Shown here one piece after another: positions 9,847 through 20,345 of a DNA stretch of 64,000 bases. The number at the start of each line of letters is the position of its first letter. The first letter of the stretch is position 1. Source of the stretch: Nitrospirota bacterium (lineage in GTDB: Bacteria; Nitrospirota; JACRHJ01); the NCBI GenBank assembly GCA_963845245.1, contig CAWJRJ010000024.1, forward strand, positions 32,001 to 96,000, read 5' to 3'. The translations under genes and the position numbers were made by a program. Under the pieces are notes generated by a model, which was given only the letters and a program-made list of their open reading frames with translations, made no database searches and was not told where the DNA came from.

Positions 9847-10350
9847 CTATTTTTTGAGCGTTTTCGACAGGTCGCCCCAGTACCGCGCCTGCTTTTCGTC
9901 TCGCGGCAGGCCCAGCAGCCCATCGGTATATGCCTTGCTTAGAAATGCGGCTGCCTTGGGGTTCTTATCGTCTGCTGACTGCCGGTACCACTTTAAGGCC
10001 TCGGTGGCGTCATCAGCCTTTTTGTGGCGTTCGTAGAGGAACCTGTTGTTCTCAGCTACATAGAACTCTGCCTCGGCAGGAGAAGCACCCGCCTTTATGT
10101 ACCAGTCAAATGCCTCCTGGTCGTCCTTTTTCACGCCGATCCCGAAAGAGTACATGGTGCCGTAGAGCCCCTGAGCCTCTGGGTCCCCCATGGCGATAAG
10201 AGGGTGCAGGTACTTCACCGCCTCGGCTGCATTCTCCTCTTCGAGGGCAACCTTGCCTCTGTTGATCAGTACACCCCTTATAAACAGAGAACCAGTAAAC
10301 AACAGCACTACGGATATTGCAGCGCCGATATATCTCTTTTTTATTCTCAT
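9847..10350 (-). CDS. Sel1-repeat membrane-anchored protein
   Basis: N-terminal TM; AQGLYGTMYSFGIGVKKD..A..WY Sel1 repeats. Confidence 0.8.
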   Translation of the reverse strand: MRIKKRYIGAAISVVLLFTGSLFIRGVLINRGKVALEEENAAEAVKYLHPLIAMGDPEAQGLYGTMYSFGIGVKKDDQEAFDWYIKAGASPAEAEFYVAENNRFLYERHKKADDATEALKWYRQSADDKNPKAAAFLSKAYTDGLLGLPRDEKQARYWGDLSKTLKK

Positions 10351-10361
10351 TGCCGGGGTAT

Positions 10362-11339
10362 TTACTCCATTGCGCCCTTGGTCTTCATCCAGTCGGAGAA
10401 CTCCTTTGTCTCCGAAATCCTGGTCCAGTGCAGTGGGGTGGACTTATGCCTGTCCCTTGAGTTAATATCTGCCCCGTTGTCAAGCAACAGCTCGACCATA
10501 TCCTTGTTTTTTCTAAAGGCCGCCCAGTGCATAGGCGTCATTCCGGCGTTGTCCCTGGCCTCGATATTAGCGCCATTTACAAGAAGTTTTGCTGCGGCCT
10601 CAATTTTCCCGTTTGCGACCGCAAGGTGCAGAGGCGAATATCCCATGCCAACCCCGCCCCTCTCGTCCACCGGTGCCTTGTGAGTGATGAGCAGTTCGCA
10701 GACATCGGCATGCCCTTCGAATGCAGCAAGATGGAGAGGCGTATACTGACCATTATCAAGAAGCGTGGCCTGGCAGTCAGCCCTCATGTCTTTCGCGGTC
10801 ACCATTGCGCCGTGATCGATGAGGAGCCCACAGATATTTGCAAAACCGTTTTTTGCCGCGTAATGAAGCGGGGTCCTGCCGCGGCTATCCGCCTTGTCTA
10901 CATCTGCATTATTGGAAAGAAAGAGCATTACAATATTCAGGTCCCCCTTTTCGGCGGCTATATGGAGCGGGGTCTGTCCGATGAAGTCAGCTGCATTGAC
11001 CGGTGCATTTTTTGATATCAAGAGCGCTGCGACATCCTCAGCATAGCCCTCGGCAGCCTTGTGGAGCGGCGTCTTCCCTTCCATGTCAGCAGCCTTCACA
11101 TCCGCCCCTTTGGTGATAAGCCATTCTGCGGTTTCTTTCCGGCTGTTAAAGGCCGCGATATGCAGCGGGGTCTGGCCGGACTTGTCCTTGAGGTTTACCG
11201 ACTTGGGCGCGGCAGATACTATAGCCTCAAGTCTCGCGTTATCCCCGGCTTTGGCCGCATCGTGTATTTCATCTGCAGCGGCAGGGCAGGCGGCTACCGC
11301 AGCTATCATCACCAGAACCAGATTGGTAAGAATCCTCAA
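10362..11339 (-). CDS. secreted ankyrin-repeat protein
   Basis: about 8 G-TPLH-AA repeats; probable TTG start at 11339 after a GAGGTG RBS, overlapping the upstream stop; signal peptide. Confidence 0.88.
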   Translation of the reverse strand: MRILTNLVLVMIAAVAACPAAADEIHDAAKAGDNARLEAIVSAAPKSVNLKDKSGQTPLHIAAFNSRKETAEWLITKGADVKAADMEGKTPLHKAAEGYAEDVAALLISKNAPVNAADFIGQTPLHIAAEKGDLNIVMLFLSNNADVDKADSRGRTPLHYAAKNGFANICGLLIDHGAMVTAKDMRADCQATLLDNGQYTPLHLAAFEGHADVCELLITHKAPVDERGGVGMGYSPLHLAVANGKIEAAAKLLVNGANIEARDNAGMTPMHWAAFRKNKDMVELLLDNGADINSRDRHKSTPLHWTRISETKEFSDWMKTKGAME

Positions 11340-12079
11340 CTTTTCACCTCTACCTCGGCATCCGGGTTGAACGGGTTGGTCCTTACCACGAAGGAATACA
11401 TGTACGGATAGTCGTCTTTCAGGTGCCTGTTGTACGCAAGCCACTCTGACAGAATCAGCGTGTACGCCCTTTTTATGTCGCCCGCAATATGCGACACGTC
11501 TGTATCGGGAAGGGCGCCGAGGTTCTGCCTTCTGGAAAGCTCTTCTGTAAGATGGAAGACCGCCCATAAAAGCTCCGTAAAGGACTCGTGCTCTAGCAGG
11601 TTGGGGTTTTCTATCAGCCCAAGAAGAAACACCTTCTGGCTTGATAGAAAATCTTTCAGACAGTGCAGGTCGCCCTTCCTTGCGTCTATCTCGAACTCAT
11701 GCTCACGTATACTGGCCAGCGCGATCTTGAATTCCTTGTCTGTCCAGTCCGTTGCCAGCCGGAGGGCGCGGTGGATCTCTCCGTCCTTCGCGTCGAACTC
11801 CGAGAACGATTTAAGAAGACTGCTGCCCACCTCGCTGAAGAAGGCGCCGATGACCATGTTCAGCTTCTTCTGGAGTGCGAGCTGCTCACGTCTTTTGAAG
11901 AGCTGGTTCAACATCAGGGTGACGAGCAACACCTGAACCGGCACAAAGGCCAGGTCCTGGAACATATAAAAGAACGTGTCATCAGCCTTGTGGAAAACAA
12001 GGATCTGGACGCAATAGACTATCGCCGAAGACGCAATAAGCGACCCGCCGAGGGCCGCCTGCCATCTGCCTAGCTTCAT
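11336..12079 (-). CDS. conserved hypothetical membrane protein
   Basis: two N-terminal TMs, QDLAFVPVQVLLVTL, ENPNLLEHESFTELLWAVFHL; function unknown. Confidence 0.75.
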   Translation of the reverse strand: MKLGRWQAALGGSLIASSAIVYCVQILVFHKADDTFFYMFQDLAFVPVQVLLVTLMLNQLFKRREQLALQKKLNMVIGAFFSEVGSSLLKSFSEFDAKDGEIHRALRLATDWTDKEFKIALASIREHEFEIDARKGDLHCLKDFLSSQKVFLLGLIENPNLLEHESFTELLWAVFHLTEELSRRQNLGALPDTDVSHIAGDIKRAYTLILSEWLAYNRHLKDDYPYMYSFVVRTNPFNPDAEVEVKS

Positions 12080-12152
12080 GTTCAATCTCCAATAGGGATT
12101 ATTCTTCAGTTGTAACAGTTATCAGTAAGTGTAGAACATGAAGAAAGATTTA

Positions 12153-12809
12153 TCAAGACCGGTTCCGGTTTTTCCGTATAAAGCCGCCAATAATGTTAAA
12201 AAGCGGCACATTACGCCTGTATTCATAGTATGCATCCCCGAAGGCCGGCGCGAACCTGCGCTCCTCGATGTAGCCGCCCCAGAGGAAATATGCGACGGCA
12301 AGCGTCCGTAGCACCAGGTTGTTGACGGTTATGACCGGTTCGAATAGAAATATCATTATGCCAGCCAGATACATGGGGTTTCGTACCAGGCCATATATAC
12401 CCGTGGTGACAAGCGCGTCCTCCGGCATGCCCTCAATGTCGCCGCCCGTCCTGCCTGTTTTCAGAAAATCTGACGCCTGCCTCCACCCTGAGAAATATCC
12501 CGCACTGAAAGGCCTCATGGCCTCAAACATTATATAGACCCCAATAAGTTGGAGTGCACGCGCGGGCCAGGATAAATACCAAGGTGAAACAAACAAAACC
12601 GTATCCGGCTGTGTCCAGATAATATATCCTGCGGCTGAAGCGGTTACTATGGAAATGATTGTAAACGTGAGGCGGTACCAGGCGCGCATCCAGTTCTCGC
12701 CTATTATTCCGGACACATAATTTTTAAAGGCGCGCGATACTGTGACGCTGTGGATAAGCGCAAAAGTCACGAATGCAGCGGCTACAACAAGCATCCCATG
12801 AGGGGTCAT
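12153..12809 (-). CDS. ICMT/PEMT-family membrane methyltransferase (NnrU/MddA-like N-terminus)
   Basis: FALIHS, LVTTGIYGLVRNPMY, EERR..FG.AY.EYR..VP. Confidence 0.75.
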   Translation of the reverse strand: MTPHGMLVVAAAFVTFALIHSVTVSRAFKNYVSGIIGENWMRAWYRLTFTIISIVTASAAGYIIWTQPDTVLFVSPWYLSWPARALQLIGVYIMFEAMRPFSAGYFSGWRQASDFLKTGRTGGDIEGMPEDALVTTGIYGLVRNPMYLAGIMIFLFEPVITVNNLVLRTLAVAYFLWGGYIEERRFAPAFGDAYYEYRRNVPLFNIIGGFIRKNRNRS

Positions 12810-13466
12810 TTGATTTTGTACTCCAATAATTCCATGAGAACATTTGCATTTCCAAGGGCATCCACCGACTCTTCCTTTATTTCGCCGACATGCGGGGCAT
12901 AATACTCGTTTTGCACCTTGCGGTATTTTTCTGCTTTGCCTTCGTAATAACAGGCCGTCCTCTGTATCACACAGACGTTTTCAAACCGGCCCGCCTTGAC
13001 TTCGCAATCCGTGAAATTAACGACCCTGCATTTGACTCTGCATACCAGGTCATTGTCACGGTTGTCCTTATCGTACTCCCAGGTCATACCGACCTTGAGA
13101 GGGGTTTTCAAGATAACCTCACCGTTGTCATATATCCGTCTGCTGTTTCCTGACCTGATGTCAGTTCCGCCGATATGTATGATACGGCCAGCCCTGTATG
13201 CCCATTATCTCTTCCGTTTGAATGTTGACGTCGATCATCTTTGTCAGGCAGCTGACAAGGTAGGTATCGTGGTCATCCAGATACCCGACGACCTCGTACC
13301 TCGCAGTGCTTTTATTGTCAGCGAATTGATAGGTCCAGGAATTTCCTGTTACAAGCGGGTAGTATGTACTTGCATCGTCCAGCACTACCGCATAAGAACC
13401 TGCCGGCATAGCGAGGTGGAACGAAAGGACGATCAATAAAACGATAACTGTTTTTAATGCTTTCAT
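12806..13466 (-). CDS. secreted hypothetical protein (frameshift near 13190)
   Basis: ORFs 13161..13466 and 12806..13111 join through the open frame GRIIHIGGTDIRSGNSRRIYDNGEVILKTPLK; signal peptide, YYPL..GNSWTY. Confidence 0.7.
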
Positions 13467-13504
13467 TTTATTTTTCCTCCCTGCTTTATTTTACAGTCTG
13501 ACCG

Positions 13505-14117
13505 TTATCTGTTCTCTTCGAAGATCGTCCTGATATATTTCTTAAGGTTATGGACGCTGTTTGCCACCGGCGAGGCCGACTGCCTTGCCCTTGCAAGGAT
13601 GAGCGAGCCCTCGATAACCGCGATCACGTGTTCGGCAAGGCCCTGCGTGTCTATCTTCTTATTTGGCGCATATCTGGCCTTGGCATCGTCGAAGGCCCGC
13701 CTTCAGCAGGCCCGCCCACCACGAGAAATGCCTGTCGCACAGCAGCCTTATCTCCGGATGGGTGTCCGAGAGCACCTGCGCGAAGTTCCCGAGCAGGCAG
13801 CCTATCTGGTGCCCGGGGCTCTTGTTCATGCTGACTATATAATCGAGGTATCCGTAGATTTTTTTAAGCGGGTCGGGCTCATCGAACAGCCCGGCATCCT
13901 GTTCATCCTTGTACGCCTTCGATACATAGCGGTCAAGCACGGCTTTGCCGAGGTCCTCCTTGCTCTTGAAATAATGGAAGAAGCTGCCCTTCGTAAGACC
14001 CGCCTCCGCGCATATCTCGTCGACGGTGGTCGCGGTATACCCCTTGACCAGCATCAGCCTCAGGGCCGTGTCCAGGAACTTCTCTTTCGCGGGCGGGTTT
14101 TCTTTTGCCGTTCTCAT
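13505..14117 (-). CDS. TetR/AcrR-family regulator, NemR/LmrA-like (frameshift near 13690)
   Basis: GYTATTVDEIC..AGLTKGSFFHYFKSKEDL, GCLLGN; C-terminus continues in another frame to a stop at 13505. Confidence 0.88.
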
Positions 14118-14130
14118 ATACTCCTCATAA

Positions 14131-14152
14131 ATAGACCAACTAGTTGGTTTAT
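14131..14152. promoter_or_regulatory. TetR autoregulatory operator
   Basis: ATAGACCAACTAGTTGGTTTAT with perfect 14-bp palindromic core ACCAACTAGTTGGT just upstream of the RBS. Confidence 0.7.
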
Positions 14153-14612
14153 GATTCATAGAATAAAACAGGCGGATGGGAAAGTCAATAAATTTTTAGT
14201 CGGTTAAATGTTTGAGGTGTATCGGGCCCCCAAACGCGGACGAATCTGGGCACTGGCAAGAACAGTATACCTTTTTAACGTTTTATAGATATCGCTGTTA
14301 ATACTCGACAACAGACTAAATGCCTGTAGCCCCGCTATGACGCTGATTAAAAAGCAAGCAATGCAGCAAAAAATTTAAACCATTTGTACTGATAGAGAGA
14401 AGCTAGTGGAAATAGCTTCGATACTTTCAGTGCCTCTCCCTTTTCAGGCTTCACGAAAAGAAGTCCAATCCCACAAAAGAAGGCGAAGAGGGATAGTAAG
14501 CCAAATATGGCCTTAGCTTCATTCATATGATTTCCTGTTGTCTAACGTCTTGCAGTGACCTGCCCCCATTTAGGGAACGGAATGTAGAAAATAGAATAAC
14601 GACGTGTTGCTA

Positions 14613-16206
14613 TCAGCTCAGCCTTACCGGAAGCTCGCCCATGAAGATTATGTCGCCCAGGAACGCACGGTATGCGGCGTGCTGCATGGCCTCGGTCGGG
14701 TCGTACGCGGCGACGACATAATGCGCGTCCATGAACTGCTTGAGTATGTACGGGCTGCCGAAGGAGACGACGACGGACTTCTTGTTCTTCGCGACGATCT
14801 GCTTGCCCAGGTCTGCCAGTTCCGGCGCGAGCCCGGAAGAGCCCTTGCCTGCCGAGACCTTTGAGAATATGGATATAATCGTAAGGGAGGCCTCTCTTGC
14901 GCGCTTGACCGCCTCCTGCTTGAGACGTCCTGCATCCTGCCTTGTCACGAAGAGGTTCGAGAGGTTCTTGTGTTTGGTGAGTGCGCTCCGGAGCGCACGG
15001 CCCGCCATCTTGTCCCCGTCGTCCTCCAGGACGATATGCGCGATCGTGCCTTTTACCTCTTTGAGGGCGGGGAATGCGCCGGCAGCCTTAACAAGCGTGA
15101 GCGCGCGCTGCGCCATAGCCTCTGCCGCCTCGGCGTTCTTCCTGAGCCTCTCCGACATCTGCTTGTCCGTGAGCCCGGCATTGATGCAGTATTTTGCCTT
15201 GGCGCGTGCAAGCCTGCCTGCTGAGGCCATGACATCCTCTTTCGTCACTTCCTTCTTTGTGGCCAGTTCGGAAAGCTCCTTCAGGAAGTCGGCGGGTGCG
15301 CCCGGGTGCAGGAGTATGTCCGCACCGGCCTTTATTGCAAGCCTCGCCGCCTCGCGCGGGGTGAACCTGTCCTTCAGCGCGCCCATGTTGAGCGCATCCG
15401 TAAGTACAAGCCCTTCAAAACCGCCCCGGTTCCTAAGGAAATTGCGGGTGACTATCTGCGAAAGGCTTGCGGGGTAGTTTGGGTCGAGTGCCGGGACGTT
15501 GATATGTGCCGTCATCACCATCTCGACGCCAGCCATGACCGCGCGCCTGAAACGGGTACATGTCCTCTTCCTCCAGGCTTTCCTTGTCCTTGTCCAGGGT
15601 CGGAAGGGTGCTGTGCGAATCGAGGCTGACGTCACCGTGGCCGGGATAGTGCTTCGCGCATGCCATCACGGGCGGGTTGCTGCCCTGAAGGCCTTTTATG
15701 TACTGTTCACCGAGCGCCGAGACGGCCTGGGGCTCGTCCGAGAAGGCCCTGGTGCAGATTATCGGGTTTAGCGGGTTGGAATTGACGTCCATCACGGGGG
15801 CAAGGACGGCATGCACGCCCGCGCCCCTGGCCTCCTCGGCCACGCCGGTCAGCATCTCGGAAAGAAGCCCTAGCCCTTCTCCGGTATGCGTATCCGTCGC
15901 CGCCGCGACCGCCATCTGGGACGGGAACACCGTGGCGCCTTTTAGCTGCTGGCCCGCCCCGCGCTCCATGTCGGAGGCGATCAGAAGCGGTATCTTCGCC
16001 TTCGCCTGCAGCTTCGCAAGGCCCTGCCTTACCTCCCAGAAATCGCCGCCAAAGATGATGAAGCCGCCCACCCCGGCCTCGACCAGGGCCATCACGTCCT
16101 TCATGTAATCCTTGTCAGAAAGAAGGGCGCCTTCAAGTCTCGGCATCACCCTCTGGGCCAGCATCTTTTGAACATTCAGGCTTTTCAAATCGAGGACCAT
16201 TGGCAT
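14613..16206 (-). CDS. nagZ: GH3 beta-N-acetylhexosaminidase (frameshift near 15545)
   Basis: ASDMERG, APVMDVN, KHYPGHGD..LDSH, MTAH, LTDALNMGA, GH3 C-terminal domain. Confidence 0.9.
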
Positions 16207-16254
16207 GCACCTTTCCTGGATTTCAAACAGCTCGAAGCAGTTTATGGATGATTT

Positions 16255-17415
16255 CTAGAAGCTTATCTTCCCAAGTATAGCCGTATGACGCGGCACCGGT
16301 CGCTGATGGTACGTTGGACGGGTTGCCCGACAACGTCTCATTCGCGAGCACCGCAAAGCAAAGCGCCTCGCGCGCCTCGGCCGGTATGCCGAACTCGTCT
16401 ATCAGTACCACCGGAATATCGCCGAAAAGTTCCCTCTAAAAGATCGACCAGAAACCCGTTCCTTGCGCCTCCGCCAGCCAGGACTACCCTTTCAACCCTG
16501 TGGGTGGGAAGGATGAACCGGACATAGGCGTCGTATATGCTCCTTGCGGTCAGGTGCGTCAGGGTGCAGAGGATGTCCTGCGTCTTTCGCACCCCTGTTA
16601 CGCATTATAACATTTGCGGCCAGGCTTTTACCAAACAGCTCCCTACCCGTGGACTTGGGCGGTTTTTTTCTGAAATAGGGATTTGACATCATCTCCCGTA
16701 GGAGAAATGGCATTAATTTGCCACTTGATGCCAAATTACCGTTTCTATCATACGATTTATTGCCACTACTCAGGATTTTGACCGCTTCATCAAGGAGCGA
16801 GCAACCAGGACCAGTATCAAACCCGGTAACTCCTGCCAGGTTTTCGGTTACAACAGTGGCGTTCGATATACCGCCAATGTTCTGGAGCGCAACCGTTACT
16901 CCGGGTTCCCGGAAAAGTACCCAGTCCGCATATGGCACAAGCGGGGCACCGTGGCCCCCTGCGGCAATATCCGCAGGCCTGAAGTCCGAGACGGTCAGTA
17001 TACCAGTCCGTCTTGCAATTATTGCGCCCTCGCCAATCTGGAGCGTGGCCCCGGATCTACTGCCAGTTGGCGGTATGTGGTATATGGTCTGGCCATGCGA
17101 GCCTATAAGGTCAACCTGGCCTGGCACCAGTCCCGCATCTGCAATCGCCTTCAATGCAGACTTTGCGAAGAATTCGCCCAGTTCGAAGTTCAGGCGGCAT
17201 ACAGACTCAGTCGTGCCGGCAAAGGCCTCCGCGACCCGCTCTCTCAGCCGTTTCGGATATGGCATGCTGCTGTGCCCGAACAGCTCCACGCGGGCCTTTG
17301 CGCCTGCCCCGGTTATCCTGGCAACCACGGAGTCTACCCCGTCGTGCGACGTGCCGGACATCAGCCCGATTATCACCCTGCTTTTTTTGGAGGTAATCCC
17401 CGCTATTTTGTTCAA
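16255..17415 (-). CDS. anmK: anhydro-N-acetylmuramic acid kinase (several frameshifts in the 3' third)
   Basis: IGLMSGTSHDGVD, GSHGQT, DFRPADIAAGGHGAPLVP, FDTGPG, PPKSTGRELF, AGGGARN, REALCFAVLA. Confidence 0.92.
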
Positions 17416-17593
17416 ACTTTAAGCCCTTTGGTGAGCCACTTTCCACCTATATCGCGCATTATACATTTTTTTCATCTCGTTTCAATTAATTTCTGCAATT
17501 CCGGCATCTTCCAGCCCAGGCATTTTAACACTTATTTTTCTCATTAAAGGGCCTAACTGTTCAATTAATATATATTAATAAATATATTTTAAT

Positions 17594-17622
17594 TTGACAC
17601 CACACTGCCGAGTGATTATCCT
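17594..17622 (+). promoter_or_regulatory. sigma70-type promoter
   Basis: TTGACA-17nt-TATCCT upstream of the histidine kinase. Confidence 0.5.
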
Positions 17623-17671
17623 TCATTAAAGAAACTCAAACCCTTATCTTATCATAAGAAGGGAGAAACTC

Positions 17672-18606
17672 ATGGAATCAAAGTCTTTTTTAAATAATCA
17701 CAAAATACTGCTTGCCGCGGTTCTCTCTTCGACGGTGACTTATTTTGTGGTTCGCCGAGGAAATAAAACCGTTGCAAAGAAAAACAAGGAACTCGAAAAG
17801 CTCAACGGCCATAAAACAGAGGTCATGGCAACCTGTTCACACGACATGAAGTCCCCGGTCCAGGCCACCATGTTCATGCTGGAACTCCTGATGATGGAAC
17901 GGGAGGGAAAGCTTACCGAAGAGCAAAGGGAAACGCTCGAGTCCATCAAAAAAAATGAGGAAGATGTAATGTCACTCATCACAAACCTTCTCGACCTCGC
18001 ACGCCACGAGGAGGGTGGAATGAGCCTTCATAAGGACAAAACGGATATGAGGGCCTTGCTCGCGGGCTGGGCCTTGAGAGGCAACAGGCCATAACTGGCA
18101 GGAAAGGCCTCTCTTTCCGCTTTGCAATCGAAAAAGGTGGAGGTCCGTTCGTCTATGACGTGGACGCTCTCAAGATAACCCAGGTGCTGAACAACCTGAT
18201 GTCCAACGCGCTTAAGTTTACGCCGGCCGGAGGCGAGATAGTGTTGTCCGCAAGAAAAAAACTTAACGGTCACCTCAGGGTGAGCCTTTTCAATTCCGGC
18301 GCGGTTATAAATAAAAAGAAGTTGGGTACGATATTCGAGAGGTACGTCCAGGCCTCTGACGGCCCGGAGTCAAAGAGCGGTGCAGGGCTTGGCCTGAATA
18401 TCGCCAAGACCATTATAGAGATGCACGGCGGCAAAATCTGGGCGAAAAACCTGGCAAGTAAGGGAAGTATCTTCTCCTTCGATATTCCGCCCGACGGAAA
18501 GGCCTGCGTGACAATCAAGGACGCGGGTGCGCCAGTTCGCCGGCTTCAGAATGCCGTCATGGCGCTTTTTACATCCTCCAGAGGAGGCACAAAACCCCCT
18601 CCATGA
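17672..18606 (+). CDS. histidine kinase with a single TM and no obvious sensor domain (frameshifted 18070-18160)
   Basis: SHDMKSP H-box, NNLMSNALKFT N-box, GAGLGL G-box. Confidence 0.8.
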
Positions 18607-18810
18607 GGCGAGCGGCTTCTCATCCCTGTCCACGACCAGCATGGTCGGGGTGGACAATACGCCGTAAAAAACCCCCTCCGCGAGCCCCTCGGCAGTCTCC
18701 ATGCAGTATTCGTCGACGTTGTAACCTTCCTTCATGAGGTTCACCGCGACCGCCCTGGCGGCCGGGCACCTGCTGCATCCGTCCTTTACGAAAACCTTGA
18801 CAGAAACCAT
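18546..18810 (-). CDS. small thioredoxin/glutaredoxin-like redoxin (frameshift near 18592)
   Basis: MVSVKVFVKDGCSRCP, GVLSTPT cis-Pro motif; corrected end WRGFVPPLEDVKSAMTAF*. Confidence 0.78.
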
Positions 18811-18854
18811 TGAAAAGCCCCCCTTTACCGCTTTACTGAGATACTCCACGTCTT

Positions 18855-18883
18855 TGTATACCATTTGGTCAGTGTATTGTCAA
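18855..18883 (-). promoter_or_regulatory. proximal sigma70 promoter of the redoxin gene
   Basis: TTGACA-17nt-TATACA. Confidence 0.55.
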
Positions 18884-18989
18884 AGAAGAATACGTCATTC
18901 ACTCTAAGGGATATTAACTACCCGCACCCCTTTAGTATGGCCTTTACAGGATGTTTCCATCTTTTCCCATCCCGTCCCCCGGTACAAAC

Positions 18990-19125
18990 TGTACATAAAC
19001 CCTTATCCCGTTTATCCCGGGCATATTGTAAAATAACGTTTTTTAAATTGCCGCAACAAAATGCGCATTGGTTATCCACATGCTGTACAGCCTGAAGCCC
19101 AGACTTATCCACCATTTTTTGCACA
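18990..19125. promoter_or_regulatory. DnaA-box cluster
   Basis: TTATCCACA 19072-19080, TTATCCACC 19105-19113, TTTTGCACA 19117-19125, TTATGTACA (minus) 18990-18998, plus weaker TTATCCCG copies. Confidence 0.6.
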
Positions 19126-19129
19126 TGAT

Positions 19130-19183
19130 ATACAATATATGGACAATCCTCTAAAACTTACCACAAGATATTGTTATTGTCAA
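19130..19183 (-). promoter_or_regulatory. tandem NrdR boxes overlapping a leftward sigma70 promoter
   Basis: ATACAATATATGGACA (19130-19145) and CCACAAGATATTGTTA (19161-19176), 31 bp apart, match acaCwAtATaTwGtgt; TTGACA(19178-83)-17nt-TAAGTT(19155-60). Confidence 0.72.
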
Positions 19184-19298
19184 ATTAAAATCGAGCATAT
19201 ATTTCAATATCCCTACCTTCGATACTATTCTACATTACCCCTTGACTTTGCACTCACTCTTATGGAAAATAGATGGCTGAATTCTCAAGAGGGACACA

Positions 19299-19805
19299 AT
19301 GCACATACATAAAATCACCGCTGTCATCATTTCTGCCCTGGTTTTGGTTCTTTTCGCGGGCTGCTCAGGGCCAAGCGACCCCAACATCCTCTTTAAAGAG
19401 GCGCGCGTGTTGTTCGACCAGGGTAAATTCAACGAGGCGGTAAAAAGCTTTGACCAGGTAATAACACTGGACCCTAAACGGGCCGATGCACATTTCTTCA
19501 AGGGCAATGCACTCTCAGCCCTCGGTAAAAAAGACGAGGCCATAAAAGAGTACGACACCGCCATAGCTCTCGCCCCCGACGTATACCAGCCATATTACAA
19601 CAAAGGAAATGCCTTGGCTGGGCTGGGCAAGTACGAGGAAGCCATAGCCTGTTACGACAAAACAATAAGCATGAACCCCAAACACCTTAAGTCCTATATG
19701 AACAAATCGGCGCTGCTAAGGACAATGGGGCGTAATGCCGAGGCCGATGCGGTTATGGCTGTGGCTAAAAAGGCCGGTGCAGCCAACGGAGGTACGGGAC
19801 AGTAA
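19299..19805 (+). CDS. TPR lipoprotein
   Basis: lipobox LFAGC, four TPRs. Confidence 0.85.
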   Translation: MHIHKITAVIISALVLVLFAGCSGPSDPNILFKEARVLFDQGKFNEAVKSFDQVITLDPKRADAHFFKGNALSALGKKDEAIKEYDTAIALAPDVYQPYYNKGNALAGLGKYEEAIACYDKTISMNPKHLKSYMNKSALLRTMGRNAEADAVMAVAKKAGAANGGTGQ

Positions 19806-20308
19806 TGAAAAAGAGTCTTTTAATAATAATAATCTTCATGTTGGCCTTGCAGGTGTGGGGTTGCAAGGCCAAACCGCCAAAGGATGCCGAGACGTTATTC
19901 AAGGAAGGCGATGCCCTTCTTGTCGCAGGAAAGAACGAGGAGGCGGTAAAGTCCTTCGACGCAGCGATCCAGATGAAGCCCGGCTACGCGGCGGCCTGGT
20001 TCTACAAGGGCAACGCCCTCTCAGCGCTTGGCAAGAAACTGGAGGCGGTAGATTCTTACAACAAGGCGATCGAATTTGCCCCCACCATACCTCAGCCGTA
20101 TTACAACAAGGGTGTCGTGCTTGCGACCCTCGAAATGAACGGGGAGGCACTCGAAGCTTTTGACCAGACAATAAAGCTCGACCCCAAACATGTTAAGGCA
20201 TATTTTAACAAGGGACTGCTCCTGAAAAGGATGGGACGGGAAGACGAGGCAAAAAAGGCCTTCGCAAAGGCAAAGGAACTCGACCCGAACGCCCCTGTGC
20301 CAAAATAG
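19805..20308 (+). CDS. TPR lipoprotein (tandem paralogue)
   Basis: lipobox-like VWGC; shares LFKE, AVKSFD, KGNALSALGKK, QPYYNKG, PKH.K.Y.NK with the upstream gene. Confidence 0.85.
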   Translation: MKKSLLIIIIFMLALQVWGCKAKPPKDAETLFKEGDALLVAGKNEEAVKSFDAAIQMKPGYAAAWFYKGNALSALGKKLEAVDSYNKAIEFAPTIPQPYYNKGVVLATLEMNGEALEAFDQTIKLDPKHVKAYFNKGLLLKRMGREDEAKKAFAKAKELDPNAPVPK

Positions 20309-20345
20309 CCTTTACTTCCCGGCAGGTTTGTAATATCGTAGCCGC

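Noticed and set aside
18918..19124. 68-aa ORF under the NrdR promoter
   Set aside because: No clear RBS; its Cys/Asp-Lys pattern reflects translated DnaA-box sequence
18900..19300. Definite oriC
   Set aside because: No dnaA/dnaN/gidA context or clear unwinding repeats, and GC skew cannot be judged here; kept only as an alternative hypothesis
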